From positions 25,040 to 89,039 of the forward strand of contig CALRHV010000002.1 in the NCBI GenBank assembly GCA_943359525.1: 64,000 nucleotides of DNA, written 5' to 3'. The stretch's first letter is position 1. Every line of letters starts with the position of its first letter. The stretch is from Candidatus Uhrbacteria bacterium (GTDB taxonomy: Bacteria > Patescibacteriota > Patescibacteriia > UBA9934). Below are positions 54,366 to 63,570 of the stretch, in pieces. Below the pieces are notes generated by a model. It was not told the origin of the DNA and ran no database searches. It worked only from the letters and a program-made list of their open reading frames with translations. A program made the translations under genes and the position numbers.

Positions 54366-57281
54366 ATGAAGAAGTCGTCCACCTTGAGTATTTGTCGATT
54401 CGCGATGTTCCTCGGTTTCGTATTCTTATGGTCGATGGCTTCTGTACCGTTCGCATTCGCGGTAGACGGCACGGCTCCGGTGGTTGGCACCGCATCGCCA
54501 CTCACAGCGACTGTGGGAACCTCGGCCCTCTTTTCCGTCACGTACTCAGATACGGTCGGTGTCACGAGCTGTACGTTGTATGCAGAAAAAGGCGCGACAG
54601 CCCTGAATAGTGGAATGACTCTTGGCTCGGCAACGAGTGGAACAGCAACGGCATCGCTTGCATTTACGATTGCTGGAACATACACCACGTACGCCATGTG
54701 TTCTGACGCGGGTGGCAATAATGGTATTGGTGCATCCGTGAGCGTTGTGGTGAGTGCGGCGTCTACGGATACCACAGCTCCGACTGTGGGTACGCCTTCG
54801 CCAACGACGGCCACCGCGGGAACAGCAGTGACAATTTCGGTGAGTTATTCCGATGCGGTTGGGGTAGCGTCGTGTAGCCTTGCGGTGGACGGTGACATTC
54901 AGACGGGATCGATGACGCTTGGCGCTTCGGCAACAAGCGGAACAGCAACAAAGTCGTATACACCATCTGCTGCTGGAACGTCCACGGTGCTAATCGCATG
55001 TGTTGATGCGGCCGGGAATGCGGGGCAGAGCACAGCAACGTCTCTCGTTGTTGCTTCCGCTGCGGACACCACGGCGCCAACGGTAGGATCGGTTTCTCCT
55101 TCATCGGCAACAGCTGGCACCGCGGTAAGCTTTTCTGTCTCTGCTGGAGATGATGCATTATCAAGCTGTTCATTGTATGTTGGCGGGGTGAATCAGGGCA
55201 TCATGACTGTTGATAGCAGTACGCCAACATCTAGTCGATCGTATACCTTTTCAAGTGCTGGAACGTATAGTGTGTACGCAACATGTGTTGATGAATCTGG
55301 GAATGTTGGTACCGGAGCAACGACATCGGTGATCGTGGCAAGTTCAGATATTACTACGCCAACCGTAGGAAGCGTGACTCCGTTAACGGCGACAATTGGC
55401 GTAGCAAAAACATTTTCTGCAACGTATGCAGATGCGGTTGGCGTGTCGAGCTGTGCGTTGTACGTATCAGGAGCAAGTGTCGGCGCCATGACGCTTGGAG
55501 CGTCGGCAACGACGGGAACCGCAACGTATTCGTATACGGCATCAGCAAGCGGATCCGTCTCCATCCAGGCAAAATGTACCGATGCTGCAGGAAATGTTGG
55601 AAGCGGAACGTCGAAAACGTTGGTAGTTGCTGGCGATACCACGGCCCCAACGGTGGGAACAGTTTCTCCAACTACAGCAACTGTAGGAACTGCAGTGACA
55701 TTTGCTGCGACAGTGTCCGACAACGTCGCTGTGACCGGTTGTACGCTGTACGTTGGCGGCGTGAGCCAAGGCGCTATGACTATTTCTGGAGGATCGGCAA
55801 GTAAGCAATATACGTTTTCTACAAGCGGATCGTCTGCCGCAAAGGCAACGTGTGTTGATGCCGCGGGCAATAGTGGAAGCGGAACGCCGGTAACCGTGAC
55901 GGTATCGGCTGCGTCGGCGGCAGACACCACAGCTCCAACGGTTGGATCCCTTACTCCAACCACTGCAACCGTTGGTGTTGGTACGTCTTTCAGCGCTGGC
56001 TACAGTGATGCCGTCGGCGTTGTCAGCTGCGCGGCGTACATTGACGGTGCTGCGTCGGCGATGGCGTTGGCGAGTGGATTGGCCTCGATAACGGAAACAT
56101 TTACCACATCGGGAAGCCACACGATGTACATGACATGTTTGGATGCCGCGGGGAACATTGGCACAGGAAGCACAACCACTGTTACGGTGGCAGCAGCGTC
56201 AACGGATAGCACTGGGCCAACGGTTGGAACCGTTTCGCCAACGACGGCAACACAAAACACCGCAACAACGTTATCTGTAATGGTGACAGACGCGTCTGCA
56301 ATTGCTGAATGTCGCTTATACGTTGGTGGGAGCGACCAGGGACCGATGACTGCGTTGTCGTCCACCTATAGCCGGAGTTACACATCGGCAAGTAGCGGAA
56401 CGATTGCCGCGTATGCAGTTTGTAATGATACTGCTGGGAACAGCACGACGGGAACGTCGGCGACCATTACTTTTGCTGCTGCAGTATCAACAGCGGCCGA
56501 CAGCGTTGCTCCAACGGTTGGCGCTATTACGCCAACAACCGCTGTTGTAGGAACCGCACTCACGCTGAGTGCATCCGTTGCAGATAGTGGTGGCATGGGA
56601 ACGTGCACATTGTATGTGAATAGCTCGAACATGGGTTCCATGACCGTTTCTGGAGGGTACGCAACGTATTTGTACACCTTTACCGGAGCAGGAAGCGCTG
56701 CAGCAAATGCGTATTGTGTTGACGCAGCTGGGAATGCCACGCGCGGCGCAACGTCTACCGTGAGTATTACCACAACGGAAACAACGTCCGAAGAAAGCGA
56801 AGCGGTGGGTGAAGCCGCGGAAAATACGCTCATCAAACTTGCGTGCGGTTCGACCGCCGATGTTTCGGATCCATGCCACGCGGTGTATTACTTTGACGGA
56901 TATCGTCACGCCTTCCCGAACGAAAAAGTCTTCTTCACATGGTACGAGGATTTTGACGACGTGATTGTGGTGACGGACGACTTCATGGCATCGGTTACGC
57001 TCGGCTTGAACGTGACGTACCACCCAGGAACCCGCATGGTGAAATTCATTACGGTGCGCACGGTATACGCCGTGGGTTCCGACGGCGAGCTTCGCGCAAT
57101 TGCCAGCGAAGACGTTGCAGCCAGCATTTGGGGGAGCGACTGGAACACGCAAATCGACGACATCAGCGATGCCTTCTACGGTAACTACACCTTCGGCGAA
57201 GCCATCGACAGCACCAGCGACTTTGATCCCGACGCCGTCGAAAGCGCCACCACGAACATTGCTGAGATGTTCCCAGAATAG
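54366..57281 (+). CDS. Paralogous secreted cell-surface protein with 8 tandem Ig-like repeats and the same conserved C-terminal domain
   Basis: Signal peptide MKKSSTLSICRFAMFLGFVFLWSMASVPFAFA. Eight repeats begin T[AT]PTVG[TS].SP. C-terminal 170 aa is near-identical to that of 52621..54354. Confidence 0.7.
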   Translation: MKKSSTLSICRFAMFLGFVFLWSMASVPFAFAVDGTAPVVGTASPLTATVGTSALFSVTYSDTVGVTSCTLYAEKGATALNSGMTLGSATSGTATASLAFTIAGTYTTYAMCSDAGGNNGIGASVSVVVSAASTDTTAPTVGTPSPTTATAGTAVTISVSYSDAVGVASCSLAVDGDIQTGSMTLGASATSGTATKSYTPSAAGTSTVLIACVDAAGNAGQSTATSLVVASAADTTAPTVGSVSPSSATAGTAVSFSVSAGDDALSSCSLYVGGVNQGIMTVDSSTPTSSRSYTFSSAGTYSVYATCVDESGNVGTGATTSVIVASSDITTPTVGSVTPLTATIGVAKTFSATYADAVGVSSCALYVSGASVGAMTLGASATTGTATYSYTASASGSVSIQAKCTDAAGNVGSGTSKTLVVAGDTTAPTVGTVSPTTATVGTAVTFAATVSDNVAVTGCTLYVGGVSQGAMTISGGSASKQYTFSTSGSSAAKATCVDAAGNSGSGTPVTVTVSAASAADTTAPTVGSLTPTTATVGVGTSFSAGYSDAVGVVSCAAYIDGAASAMALASGLASITETFTTSGSHTMYMTCLDAAGNIGTGSTTTVTVAAASTDSTGPTVGTVSPTTATQNTATTLSVMVTDASAIAECRLYVGGSDQGPMTALSSTYSRSYTSASSGTIAAYAVCNDTAGNSTTGTSATITFAAAVSTAADSVAPTVGAITPTTAVVGTALTLSASVADSGGMGTCTLYVNSSNMGSMTVSGGYATYLYTFTGAGSAAANAYCVDAAGNATRGATSTVSITTTETTSEESEAVGEAAENTLIKLACGSTADVSDPCHAVYYFDGYRHAFPNEKVFFTWYEDFDDVIVVTDDFMASVTLGLNVTYHPGTRMVKFITVRTVYAVGSDGELRAIASEDVAASIWGSDWNTQIDDISDAFYGNYTFGEAIDSTSDFDPDAVESATTNIAEMFPE

Positions 57282-57376
57282 CATCAAGCGGAAGGGATCA
57301 CCCCGCCGTTCGCGAACGGCGGGGTCAGGTCGTTTATCGTACGGTTTCTTCAGTATCCCGTCAGATTCACCTCTGG

Positions 57377-57443
57377 TCATCCCCGCGTAGGCGGGGATCC
57401 AGAGTGTTCGGAATGATGGATCCCCGCATTCGCGAGGATGACT
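57377..57443. repeat. Family 2 palindromic repeat pair downstream of the surface-protein genes
   Basis: gtcatccccgcgtaggcggggatccagagtgttcggaatgatggatccccgcattcgcgaggatgac. Confidence 0.7.
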
Positions 57444-57508
57444 GAAAATACATAAACCAAAACCGCCTCCGAATTCATCGAGGGCGGTTTTGTGTTACTC
57501 GCATAACC

Positions 57509-57572
57509 CACGATCGGAATCGATCATGAACTCTGCGGGTCGGTGGGGAGTCTTTCGTACTCCCCACCTCGT
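57509..57572. repeat. Direct repeat DR1 (~60 nt, containing the hairpin gtggggagtctttcgtactccccac). Its partner DR2 is at 58096..58160.
   Basis: cacgatc..gatcatgaactctgcgggtcggtggg.agtctt..gtact.cccacctcg occurs twice, ~590 nt apart, in direct orientation. Confidence 0.65.
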
Positions 57573-57574
57573 TG

Positions 57575-58040
57575 TCACTTGAGGCTTCCGAGGATGTGCG
57601 GCTCGCCGAGCCTCACGTCCGGTGCGCTCACCGTCGGCTTGCTGAGCACGAACTCGGTCGGCGAGATAGGCACCATCGGAGAGACCGGCGTCACGGGGAA
57701 GGTGACAGTGAACTCAGCGATGCTGCAGGGCACGGTGGAGAATGTCTCGCGTACCCAGGGCGTTTCGCCGTCGTTCTCCTTCTGCTCAACGCACATCACG
57801 ATGACGTCGTGCCGAAGGATGTTGACGGGATGATTCGCGATCCACAGCGCCGCGGTCAATGCCGCGTTGTCCTCCAGGATCTGATCCTTGAGCGGCGGTC
57901 TCCGTGGCACGGCGGAGCTCTTCTGTTTCGAGTTTATGCGCGGCTACCTCCTTCTTGTCCTTGTCGATGATGGTGCCGAGGACAGCGAAGACGGCGATGA
58001 TGCCGACTGCGGGAAGAACGAATTTCATGAAAGCCTCCAA
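57575..58040 (-). pseudogene. Small secreted protein gene that appears frameshifted: signal peptide in ORF 57786..58040, body in ORF 57575..57910. It sits between the direct repeats.
   Basis: MKFVLPAVGIIAVFAVLGTIIDKDKKE... is signal-peptide-like in one frame. A continuous 111-aa ORF lies in another frame downstream. Local GC is ~62%. Confidence 0.3.
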
Positions 58041-58095
58041 CTCGTCGGGCGGACGAGTGTTGCGAACGGTTGAGTATGTGTCTTGCCCGCATAGG

Positions 58096-58160
58096 CCACG
58101 ATCTCGCGATCATGAACTCTGCGGGTCGGTGGGCAGTCTTGTACTGCCCACCTCGTGGCG
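58096..58160. repeat. Direct repeat DR2
   Basis: See DR1. Confidence 0.65.
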
Positions 58161-58706
58161 TTACTGCGCTTCGAAGCGCAGCAGTTCGCGGTTGCGACGG
58201 TTGTTCCCTCGAGCCATCGGCTTCACGATCTTCTCGAGGTTGAAGAATCTCTCCCCTTCCTCGTACTCCATCTCCTGGTCGTCGATGCCATTGACGCCGA
58301 AGAAGTGGAGTTGATCCGTGATCCCGGGAGACACGTTTTTCGGAACGGCCTCCGTGGGCTCGTCCTCGAACTCGTCGCCGTCGAGCATGGCGATGAGGGA
58401 GTCCTCGTTGCTGTCGTCGGAGACTTCTTCGAATTTGGCGAGAACGGGGGAGTCATCCTCGTCAGTGGATTCGAGGAACGTTCCGGTGGACGGAATGAAT
58501 TCCCGACCGGGCGTGGACCACGTCCAGAGCACCTGGTCGGAGTCGATGCCGGGGGTGCTCTTCAGCTTGCGAGCGTTGCCACTCTTGGGCTGGGCAGCGC
58601 ACGGTTCGAAACAGGATTCGATCCGTTCCTTCATCATGCTGGCGCGGGAGCGCCGGTAGCGAGGGGACGTGGCGGGGTCGGTGGCGGGACGAGACGCGTT
58701 TGCCAT
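58161..58706 (-). CDS. Hypothetical acidic protein (Asp/Glu-rich), GC-rich
   Basis: 181-aa ORF. Minus-strand coding is supported by the long ORF. No family recognised. Confidence 0.4.
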   Translation of the reverse strand: MANASRPATDPATSPRYRRSRASMMKERIESCFEPCAAQPKSGNARKLKSTPGIDSDQVLWTWSTPGREFIPSTGTFLESTDEDDSPVLAKFEEVSDDSNEDSLIAMLDGDEFEDEPTEAVPKNVSPGITDQLHFFGVNGIDDQEMEYEEGERFFNLEKIVKPMARGNNRRNRELLRFEAQ

Positions 58707-58952
58707 TGGTATGGCTCCTTTTCTATTTTGGCCTTTGCGGCCGGTGAGATGGAAAATTCCATCCAGAGCGAGGGCCCTGGGAAAGGCCGTGTAGGCGAAC
58801 TTTCCTAGAGCTCACGGTGCCAGAAGGAATGAATACTAGCAGAAAACGGGCGTTTTGTCAAAATGGATTGTTTGGAAAAATGGCGAATATTGGGGAAAAT
58901 CGAACGCCCGGCACCTCCTTGTGAGATGCCGGGCCGTGTTCGTGGTGTAGCG

Positions 58953-59573
58953 TTATTCCTTCTTGAATTCCATCACACAGGCTCCGGAGAGCCCCTGCCG
59001 CTTCATCCAACGTTCCTGGGCGTCGGCCGCTTCGATGAGTTCGTTGGGTTGCGCTGTGCCCATCGAGCGCGTCCAGATCACACCGCCGATTCGTGCATCC
59101 AGGCCGTTGCCGAAGGCACGAATCCCTTTGAGGATTCGGCCAACAACCAGGGCGACGCCGGCATCGTCGACGTTTTCAAGGACGACGAGGAATTCATCCC
59201 CGCCCCAGCGTGCCGCACGGTCCTTCTTGCGAATGGACTTCTTCAGCACCTGGGCGGTGTGCTTTAGCACGCGGTCGCCCTCCGTGTGGCTGATGGTGTC
59301 ATTGATGTACTTGAAGCGTACAAGATCCACCGCGAGCGCCGCGAGGCTCTGAACACCGTTGTGCGGAGCACGCAGCTCATGGCCGACTGCTCCGTCGAGT
59401 TCACGATCAAGAAAGTCTATGATCGGGGTTCGATTTATGAGCTCCGTGAGTCCATCGATGAAGGCGAGATCGCGAAGCAGGGCATTTTCCTTGACGAGCT
59501 CCGCGATGACGCGTTGCGCATCAAGAAGGCTGGTTGGGTGAAGGTCTTGATTGGTGAGGCGAGCAATGCGCAT
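58953..59573 (-). CDS. GGDEF-domain diguanylate cyclase (stand-alone, no sensor domain)
   Basis: RWGGDEF motif with flanking GGDEF-domain helices. The start was chosen at MRIARLTN. Confidence 0.75.
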   Translation of the reverse strand: MRIARLTNQDLHPTSLLDAQRVIAELVKENALLRDLAFIDGLTELINRTPIIDFLDRELDGAVGHELRAPHNGVQSLAALAVDLVRFKYINDTISHTEGDRVLKHTAQVLKKSIRKKDRAARWGGDEFLVVLENVDDAGVALVVGRILKGIRAFGNGLDARIGGVIWTRSMGTAQPNELIEAADAQERWMKRQGLSGACVMEFKKE

Positions 59574-59639
59574 GAAATCTCCGAACGTGGAAAGGGAAGT
59601 AACGAAAAAGTATAGCAAAAAAACACGATTTCGTCAATA

Positions 59640-59841
59640 AAACGTGGCGAAGGTTCGCAAAGATTTGACGCGATTCGCTTGAGTTGATAGGCTACTCCCG
59701 TCCTCGAGATCCGCAGACAGCGAGCAGTGCCAAGCGCACAAGAAGGCCTCGCCGAGAATCTCCTTACTTTCATCGGCATTCCGATGAACAGCAAGATTTC
59801 TGCGGCCCTTTAGGGGTCGTTTTACTTTTAACGGTTCATTT
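59640..59841 (+). promoter_or_regulatory. rplJ 5' leader (~200 nt untranslated; candidate L10(L12)4 autoregulatory leader)
   Basis: Long noncoding stretch immediately upstream of rplJ, as in other bacteria. The structure was not verified. Confidence 0.35.
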
Positions 59842-60369
59842 ATGCCGAAGTCTCGTTTGGAAAAACGCGAGATCGTGGCGGGAATCGCGGATCAGTTTAA
59901 GCGGATGAAGGGCGCTGCCTTTGTATCCGTGTCCGGATTTACCATGAACCATGCCGACGCATTGCGTACCAAGGCCCGAGAACAGAACGTGGATATCTTC
60001 ATCTCGAAGAAAACGTTGCTGGTGCTTGCAGCCAAGGAAGCGGGTGTGGAAGGTGTGGTGCCCGACGCGTTACAAGGTTCCATTCTCACTGCAGTGAGCT
60101 ATGGTGACGAGGTGGCTGCCGCAAAGGTGCTCAAGGATTTCTTGAACGGAAAAGAAATCGGTTCCCTTGTTGCAGGTATCTTGGAAAACCGTCTCATTAA
60201 CACGGTGGATGTGAAGCGTGTTGCAGACTTGCCGTCAAAGGAGCAGCTCCTTGGAATGCTCGTTCGCACACTCAACGCAACGCCAACCGGATTCGTCAAC
60301 GTTCTCGCTGGCAATCTCCGTGGTTTGGTCACAGTTCTCGGTGCCGTCGGTGCAAAAAAGACAGCGTAA
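59842..60369 (+). CDS. rplJ: 50S ribosomal protein L10
   Basis: MPKSRLEKREIVAGIADQFKRMKGAAFVSVSGFTMNHADALR... is classic L10. Confidence 0.9.
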   Translation: MPKSRLEKREIVAGIADQFKRMKGAAFVSVSGFTMNHADALRTKAREQNVDIFISKKTLLVLAAKEAGVEGVVPDALQGSILTAVSYGDEVAAAKVLKDFLNGKEIGSLVAGILENRLINTVDVKRVADLPSKEQLLGMLVRTLNATPTGFVNVLAGNLRGLVTVLGAVGAKKTA

Positions 60370-60390
60370 TTTAAAATCATTTATATCTTT

Positions 60391-60774
60391 ATGGAAATCC
60401 CAGCAAAGTTCCAGTCCATCGTGAGCGAAATTGAGAAGATGTCCGTTCTTGACCTTTCTGAATTGGTAAAGGTGTTGGAAGAGAACTTCGGTGTCTCTGC
60501 AGCGGCTCCAGCAATGATGATGGCCGCAGCTCCAGCAGCAGCAGGTGCAGCAGCAGAAGAGAAGTCAACATTCACTGTTGAACTTACGTCAGCGGGCGAC
60601 AGCAAGATCAACGCCATCAAGGCAGTGCGTGAAGTAACCGGTCTTGGTCTTAAGGAAGCAAAGGACATCGTGGATGCTGCTCCAAAGGCAGTGAAGGAAG
60701 GTGCTTCAAAGGCAGAAGCCGACGACATGAAGGCAAAGCTCGAAGCAGCAGGTGCAACCGTGACATTGAAATAA
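60391..60774 (+). CDS. rplL: 50S ribosomal protein L7/L12
   Basis: N-terminal dimerisation helix, an Ala-rich hinge, then the C-terminal ...[33 protein letters not shown]... Confidence 0.92.
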   Translation: MEIPAKFQSIVSEIEKMSVLDLSELVKVLEENFGVSAAAPAMMMAAAPAAAGAAAEEKSTFTVELTSAGDSKINAIKAVREVTGLGLKEAKDIVDAAPKAVKEGASKAEADDMKAKLEAAGATVTLK

Positions 60775-60783
60775 GTCCATCAA

Positions 60784-60812
60784 CCCCGCCGTTCGTGAAC
60801 GGCGGGGTTTTT
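60784..60812 (+). terminator. Rho-independent terminator (ccccgccgttcgtgaacggcgggg followed by T5) after rplL; the same hairpin family as 16465 and 57301
   Basis: Perfect GC stem followed by TTTTT. Confidence 0.8.
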
Positions 60813-60847
60813 GGTACACTAATCCTGTATTCATTAATCATCGACCT

Positions 60848-61243
60848 ATGATGAAGTTCAAATGTGCCACGCCAGATGCAGGTTTACTCAGCGTTCGTAT
60901 CGGTCTTGCATCGGTATTCATCACTCATGGCGCAATGAAGCTCGCCAGCATTGCCGGCGTCATGGCGATGTTCGAAAAAATGGGCATGCCAGCATGGCTT
61001 GGTGTGGTTGTTGGGCTTGTTGAGCTTTTGGGCGGTGTAGCAATGCTCCTTGGCGTGTACATGAAGTACGCTGGTTATGCGCTTGCCGCAGTGATGGTGG
61101 GAGCGATTCTTGCAGTGAAGTGGAAGATGGGTTTTGTGAGTGGTTGGGAATTCGACTTTGTGCTTCTTGCGTCGGCACTTGGAATGGCTTGGATGGGCGC
61201 GGGGGAGTATTCAGTGAAGCTGCCAGAAAAGATGAAAGCGTAA
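60848..61243 (+). CDS. DoxX family membrane protein (second copy in the window)
   Basis: ...RIGLASVFITHGAMKL...GLVELLGGVAMLLG... on a 4-TM layout. Confidence 0.65.
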   Translation: MMKFKCATPDAGLLSVRIGLASVFITHGAMKLASIAGVMAMFEKMGMPAWLGVVVGLVELLGGVAMLLGVYMKYAGYALAAVMVGAILAVKWKMGFVSGWEFDFVLLASALGMAWMGAGEYSVKLPEKMKA

Positions 61244-61269
61244 TCGCGAAATTGATCATACTCAATAGA

Positions 61270-61298
61270 GATAGGCGGGGCTTCCATGCCCCGCTTTT
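61270..61298. terminator. Terminator hairpin (ggcggggcttccatgccccgc followed by TTTT) between convergent genes
   Basis: GC stem followed by a T-run. A second hairpin (gcgaggcgtggtagcctcgc) follows for the minus-strand gene. Confidence 0.6.
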
Positions 61299-61327
61299 CG
61301 GTTCCTCGCGAGGCGTGGTAGCCTCGC

Positions 61328-63481
61328 CTATTTCAGGAGATGCGTCGCTGTGTACGAATACACCATGGCTGGTGTCGTCAGGAGAATTCGGTTCTCACTT
61401 TCCCGAATCACGAAACTGATAACGCCGGAGAGATTCACGACGTATTGTGCGACGATACCGCCTTTTTCTTTGTCCATCACGACTACGCGTCCATCGGAAC
61501 CGTCGAGGATGTACAGATACTTGCTCTCAAGGTCGGTCCAGATGTCGATTGGTTTTACGATTGCTGGATCGATTGTTGCGTGACTCCATGGCGTTTCACG
61601 TCCGCTCTTGAATACGATCACGTCGGTGTCGGTAAGCACCCACAGGCTTCCATCAATCGCGAGTGCTTTTGCGTGGCTCAGATCACTCGTCTTCGCGGTA
61701 ATCCACGGTGTTCCGGCTTCGAATCCAATTCCTTGTGGTCGCATCTTCACAATCTGCCCGCTTGCGGCGCTGAGTGCGTACACGTTGTCATTGTACGACG
61801 AGAGGTCTTCAATACTCGCCATGCCATCGATGCCGCTTGAGAGCGACGTGACTGCCGGAGTTGCTACTGTGGTTCGCCACAGTCGCTTGTCCATATCCAC
61901 GGTGAGTATGTTGTCGCCTTCACCTGCGGTGATAACGATGTTTTGCGCAAGGCTTTGACCAACGTCAACGCGCTCCATTGCTTTACTCACTTCATTCACG
62001 CGCCAAGGTGCGGCGTCGGCACTAATGCCGTAGAGCGCACTTCCGGAACTGGTGATGCCTACGAGTGGAAATGCGAATTGTGCAGGAAGTTCGGCGACTT
62101 TCGCGGCAGTGACGGTTTCCATCCCGCGAGTTCTGCCAAGGATGTCTTGAAGCGCGCGGTTGAGATCGTCCGCTTTCGTTTTCTGTGCAGATGTTTCGCG
62201 GGGGAGTGTTGCGAGAAGATTCGTTGCATCGGTGACGAGCGTTTGCGCTTCTTGCGTGTTGCCGTAAATGATTGCTGCTTCTGCGGCGGTGCGCTTTTCC
62301 TCAATCTTCGTCAGTGCAGACTGATACGCGACGGTTGCTTCGGCGGTTTTTTGCCCAGCCTGACGATTCGCAATGCTTATGAACACGATAATTGTAAGAA
62401 TCGCAACGCCCACACTAATCACCTTTGTGGTTCGTGACGCACCATTTACTGCGGTAATGCCGGCATGACGAAGTGAGTCGATTCGTCCGGCCATCCCTCC
62501 GAACCTGCTCCGATGATTGCTGCCACCAAGGCGTGTTCCGGCACGCATCTCTCCTCCGGATCTTTGTTTGAGTAGCTGTTCGATTTTGCCAATGATGAAT
62601 CGTGCCGCGCGTTTGACGCCTCGCCACAATGCGCTGTCGCTGTATGTTGCGAGGAACTTCTTTGTCGTCGCTAATCCAAGGGCGATTTTTTGTGGAACGT
62701 CTGGGGTTTGTTCGCCGAGCAGATCGGCTGTTCGCGATTTGGTTTCCTCAAGATCAGAAATGGATGCCATTGGGTTGGCTTTCTTTGGTGGCCCAAGTGG
62801 TTCTTCTTCGTTCACATGAAAACAGATGCCGCCGAATTGCGCCGTTGGAGGAACAAATTGCTGAATGCGTTCCAGTGCGCCATTCGGAGGTAACGTCACG
62901 AGAATGTCCTGTAGGTCGCCCAGGGAAAGCGCATGTGGTGGAACGCGTCGTGCCGCATAGAACACGTCGCCGGGATGTAGTTCACCGTCGAGTACAGTAA
63001 CGAGTGGTTTTTCTGGCGAGCTTTCGTCGGTCACGAGTTGTGCGTCGAGTTCGTACACCACGTAGCGGCGCTCAGCGGTACGATGAAGGAATAGCGCGTG
63101 ATTGGTGCCGATGCCGCTGAAGAACACTTGGCTGTTTGTGATAGCGCCCACGAGGATGTTCGTTTTTTTCAGTGAGATATTCTTTTCAGCAGCAAGACGG
63201 GAGATGTCTGCGTTCATGATGACGAGCATTGCCTCAAATCGACGGGGAATGTTGCCGCCGTCTTTCTCGATGTCTGATCGAAGTACCTCAAGATGACTTG
63301 CGATAGTGTGGATGAGCCGGTCTCGGGCTTCCGAGTCGCGGTGGGTAATATCGACCAAGCCGAAAATGGATCCTTGACCCTGGGAAAGCGGCAGAAGAGT
63401 GGTTCGGACACTCAAATGTTCCGGCGTTGTGCCCGGAACAAGGAGTTCTGCAGATTTCAAACGATAGGGTGTTGTAGTCAT
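61328..63481 (-). CDS. Large single-pass membrane protein: ~340-aa cytoplasmic N-terminal domain, a TM helix, and a ~340-aa extracytoplasmic domain that may be beta-propeller-like
   Basis: 717-aa ORF with a TM helix (VISVGVAILTIIVFISIA). The C-terminal region is rich in repeated beta-strand-like motifs. No confident family. Confidence 0.5.
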   Translation of the reverse strand: MTTTPYRLKSAELLVPGTTPEHLSVRTTLLPLSQGQGSIFGLVDITHRDSEARDRLIHTIASHLEVLRSDIEKDGGNIPRRFEAMLVIMNADISRLAAEKNISLKKTNILVGAITNSQVFFSGIGTNHALFLHRTAERRYVVYELDAQLVTDESSPEKPLVTVLDGELHPGDVFYAARRVPPHALSLGDLQDILVTLPPNGALERIQQFVPPTAQFGGICFHVNEEEPLGPPKKANPMASISDLEETKSRTADLLGEQTPDVPQKIALGLATTKKFLATYSDSALWRGVKRAARFIIGKIEQLLKQRSGGEMRAGTRLGGSNHRSRFGGMAGRIDSLRHAGITAVNGASRTTKVISVGVAILTIIVFISIANRQAGQKTAEATVAYQSALTKIEEKRTAAEAAIIYGNTQEAQTLVTDATNLLATLPRETSAQKTKADDLNRALQDILGRTRGMETVTAAKVAELPAQFAFPLVGITSSGSALYGISADAAPWRVNEVSKAMERVDVGQSLAQNIVITAGEGDNILTVDMDKRLWRTTVATPAVTSLSSGIDGMASIEDLSSYNDNVYALSAASGQIVKMRPQGIGFEAGTPWITAKTSDLSHAKALAIDGSLWVLTDTDVIVFKSGRETPWSHATIDPAIVKPIDIWTDLESKYLYILDGSDGRVVVMDKEKGGIVAQYVVNLSGVISFVIRESENRILLTTPAMVYSYTATHLLK

Positions 63482-63570
63482 GTTGCGGATAAGCCTCCTT
63501 TCTCTGTACAGTATAGTAGTACTTGTCGATATACGCGATTTTCTCTATGGATAACACCAATGAACCAGAA

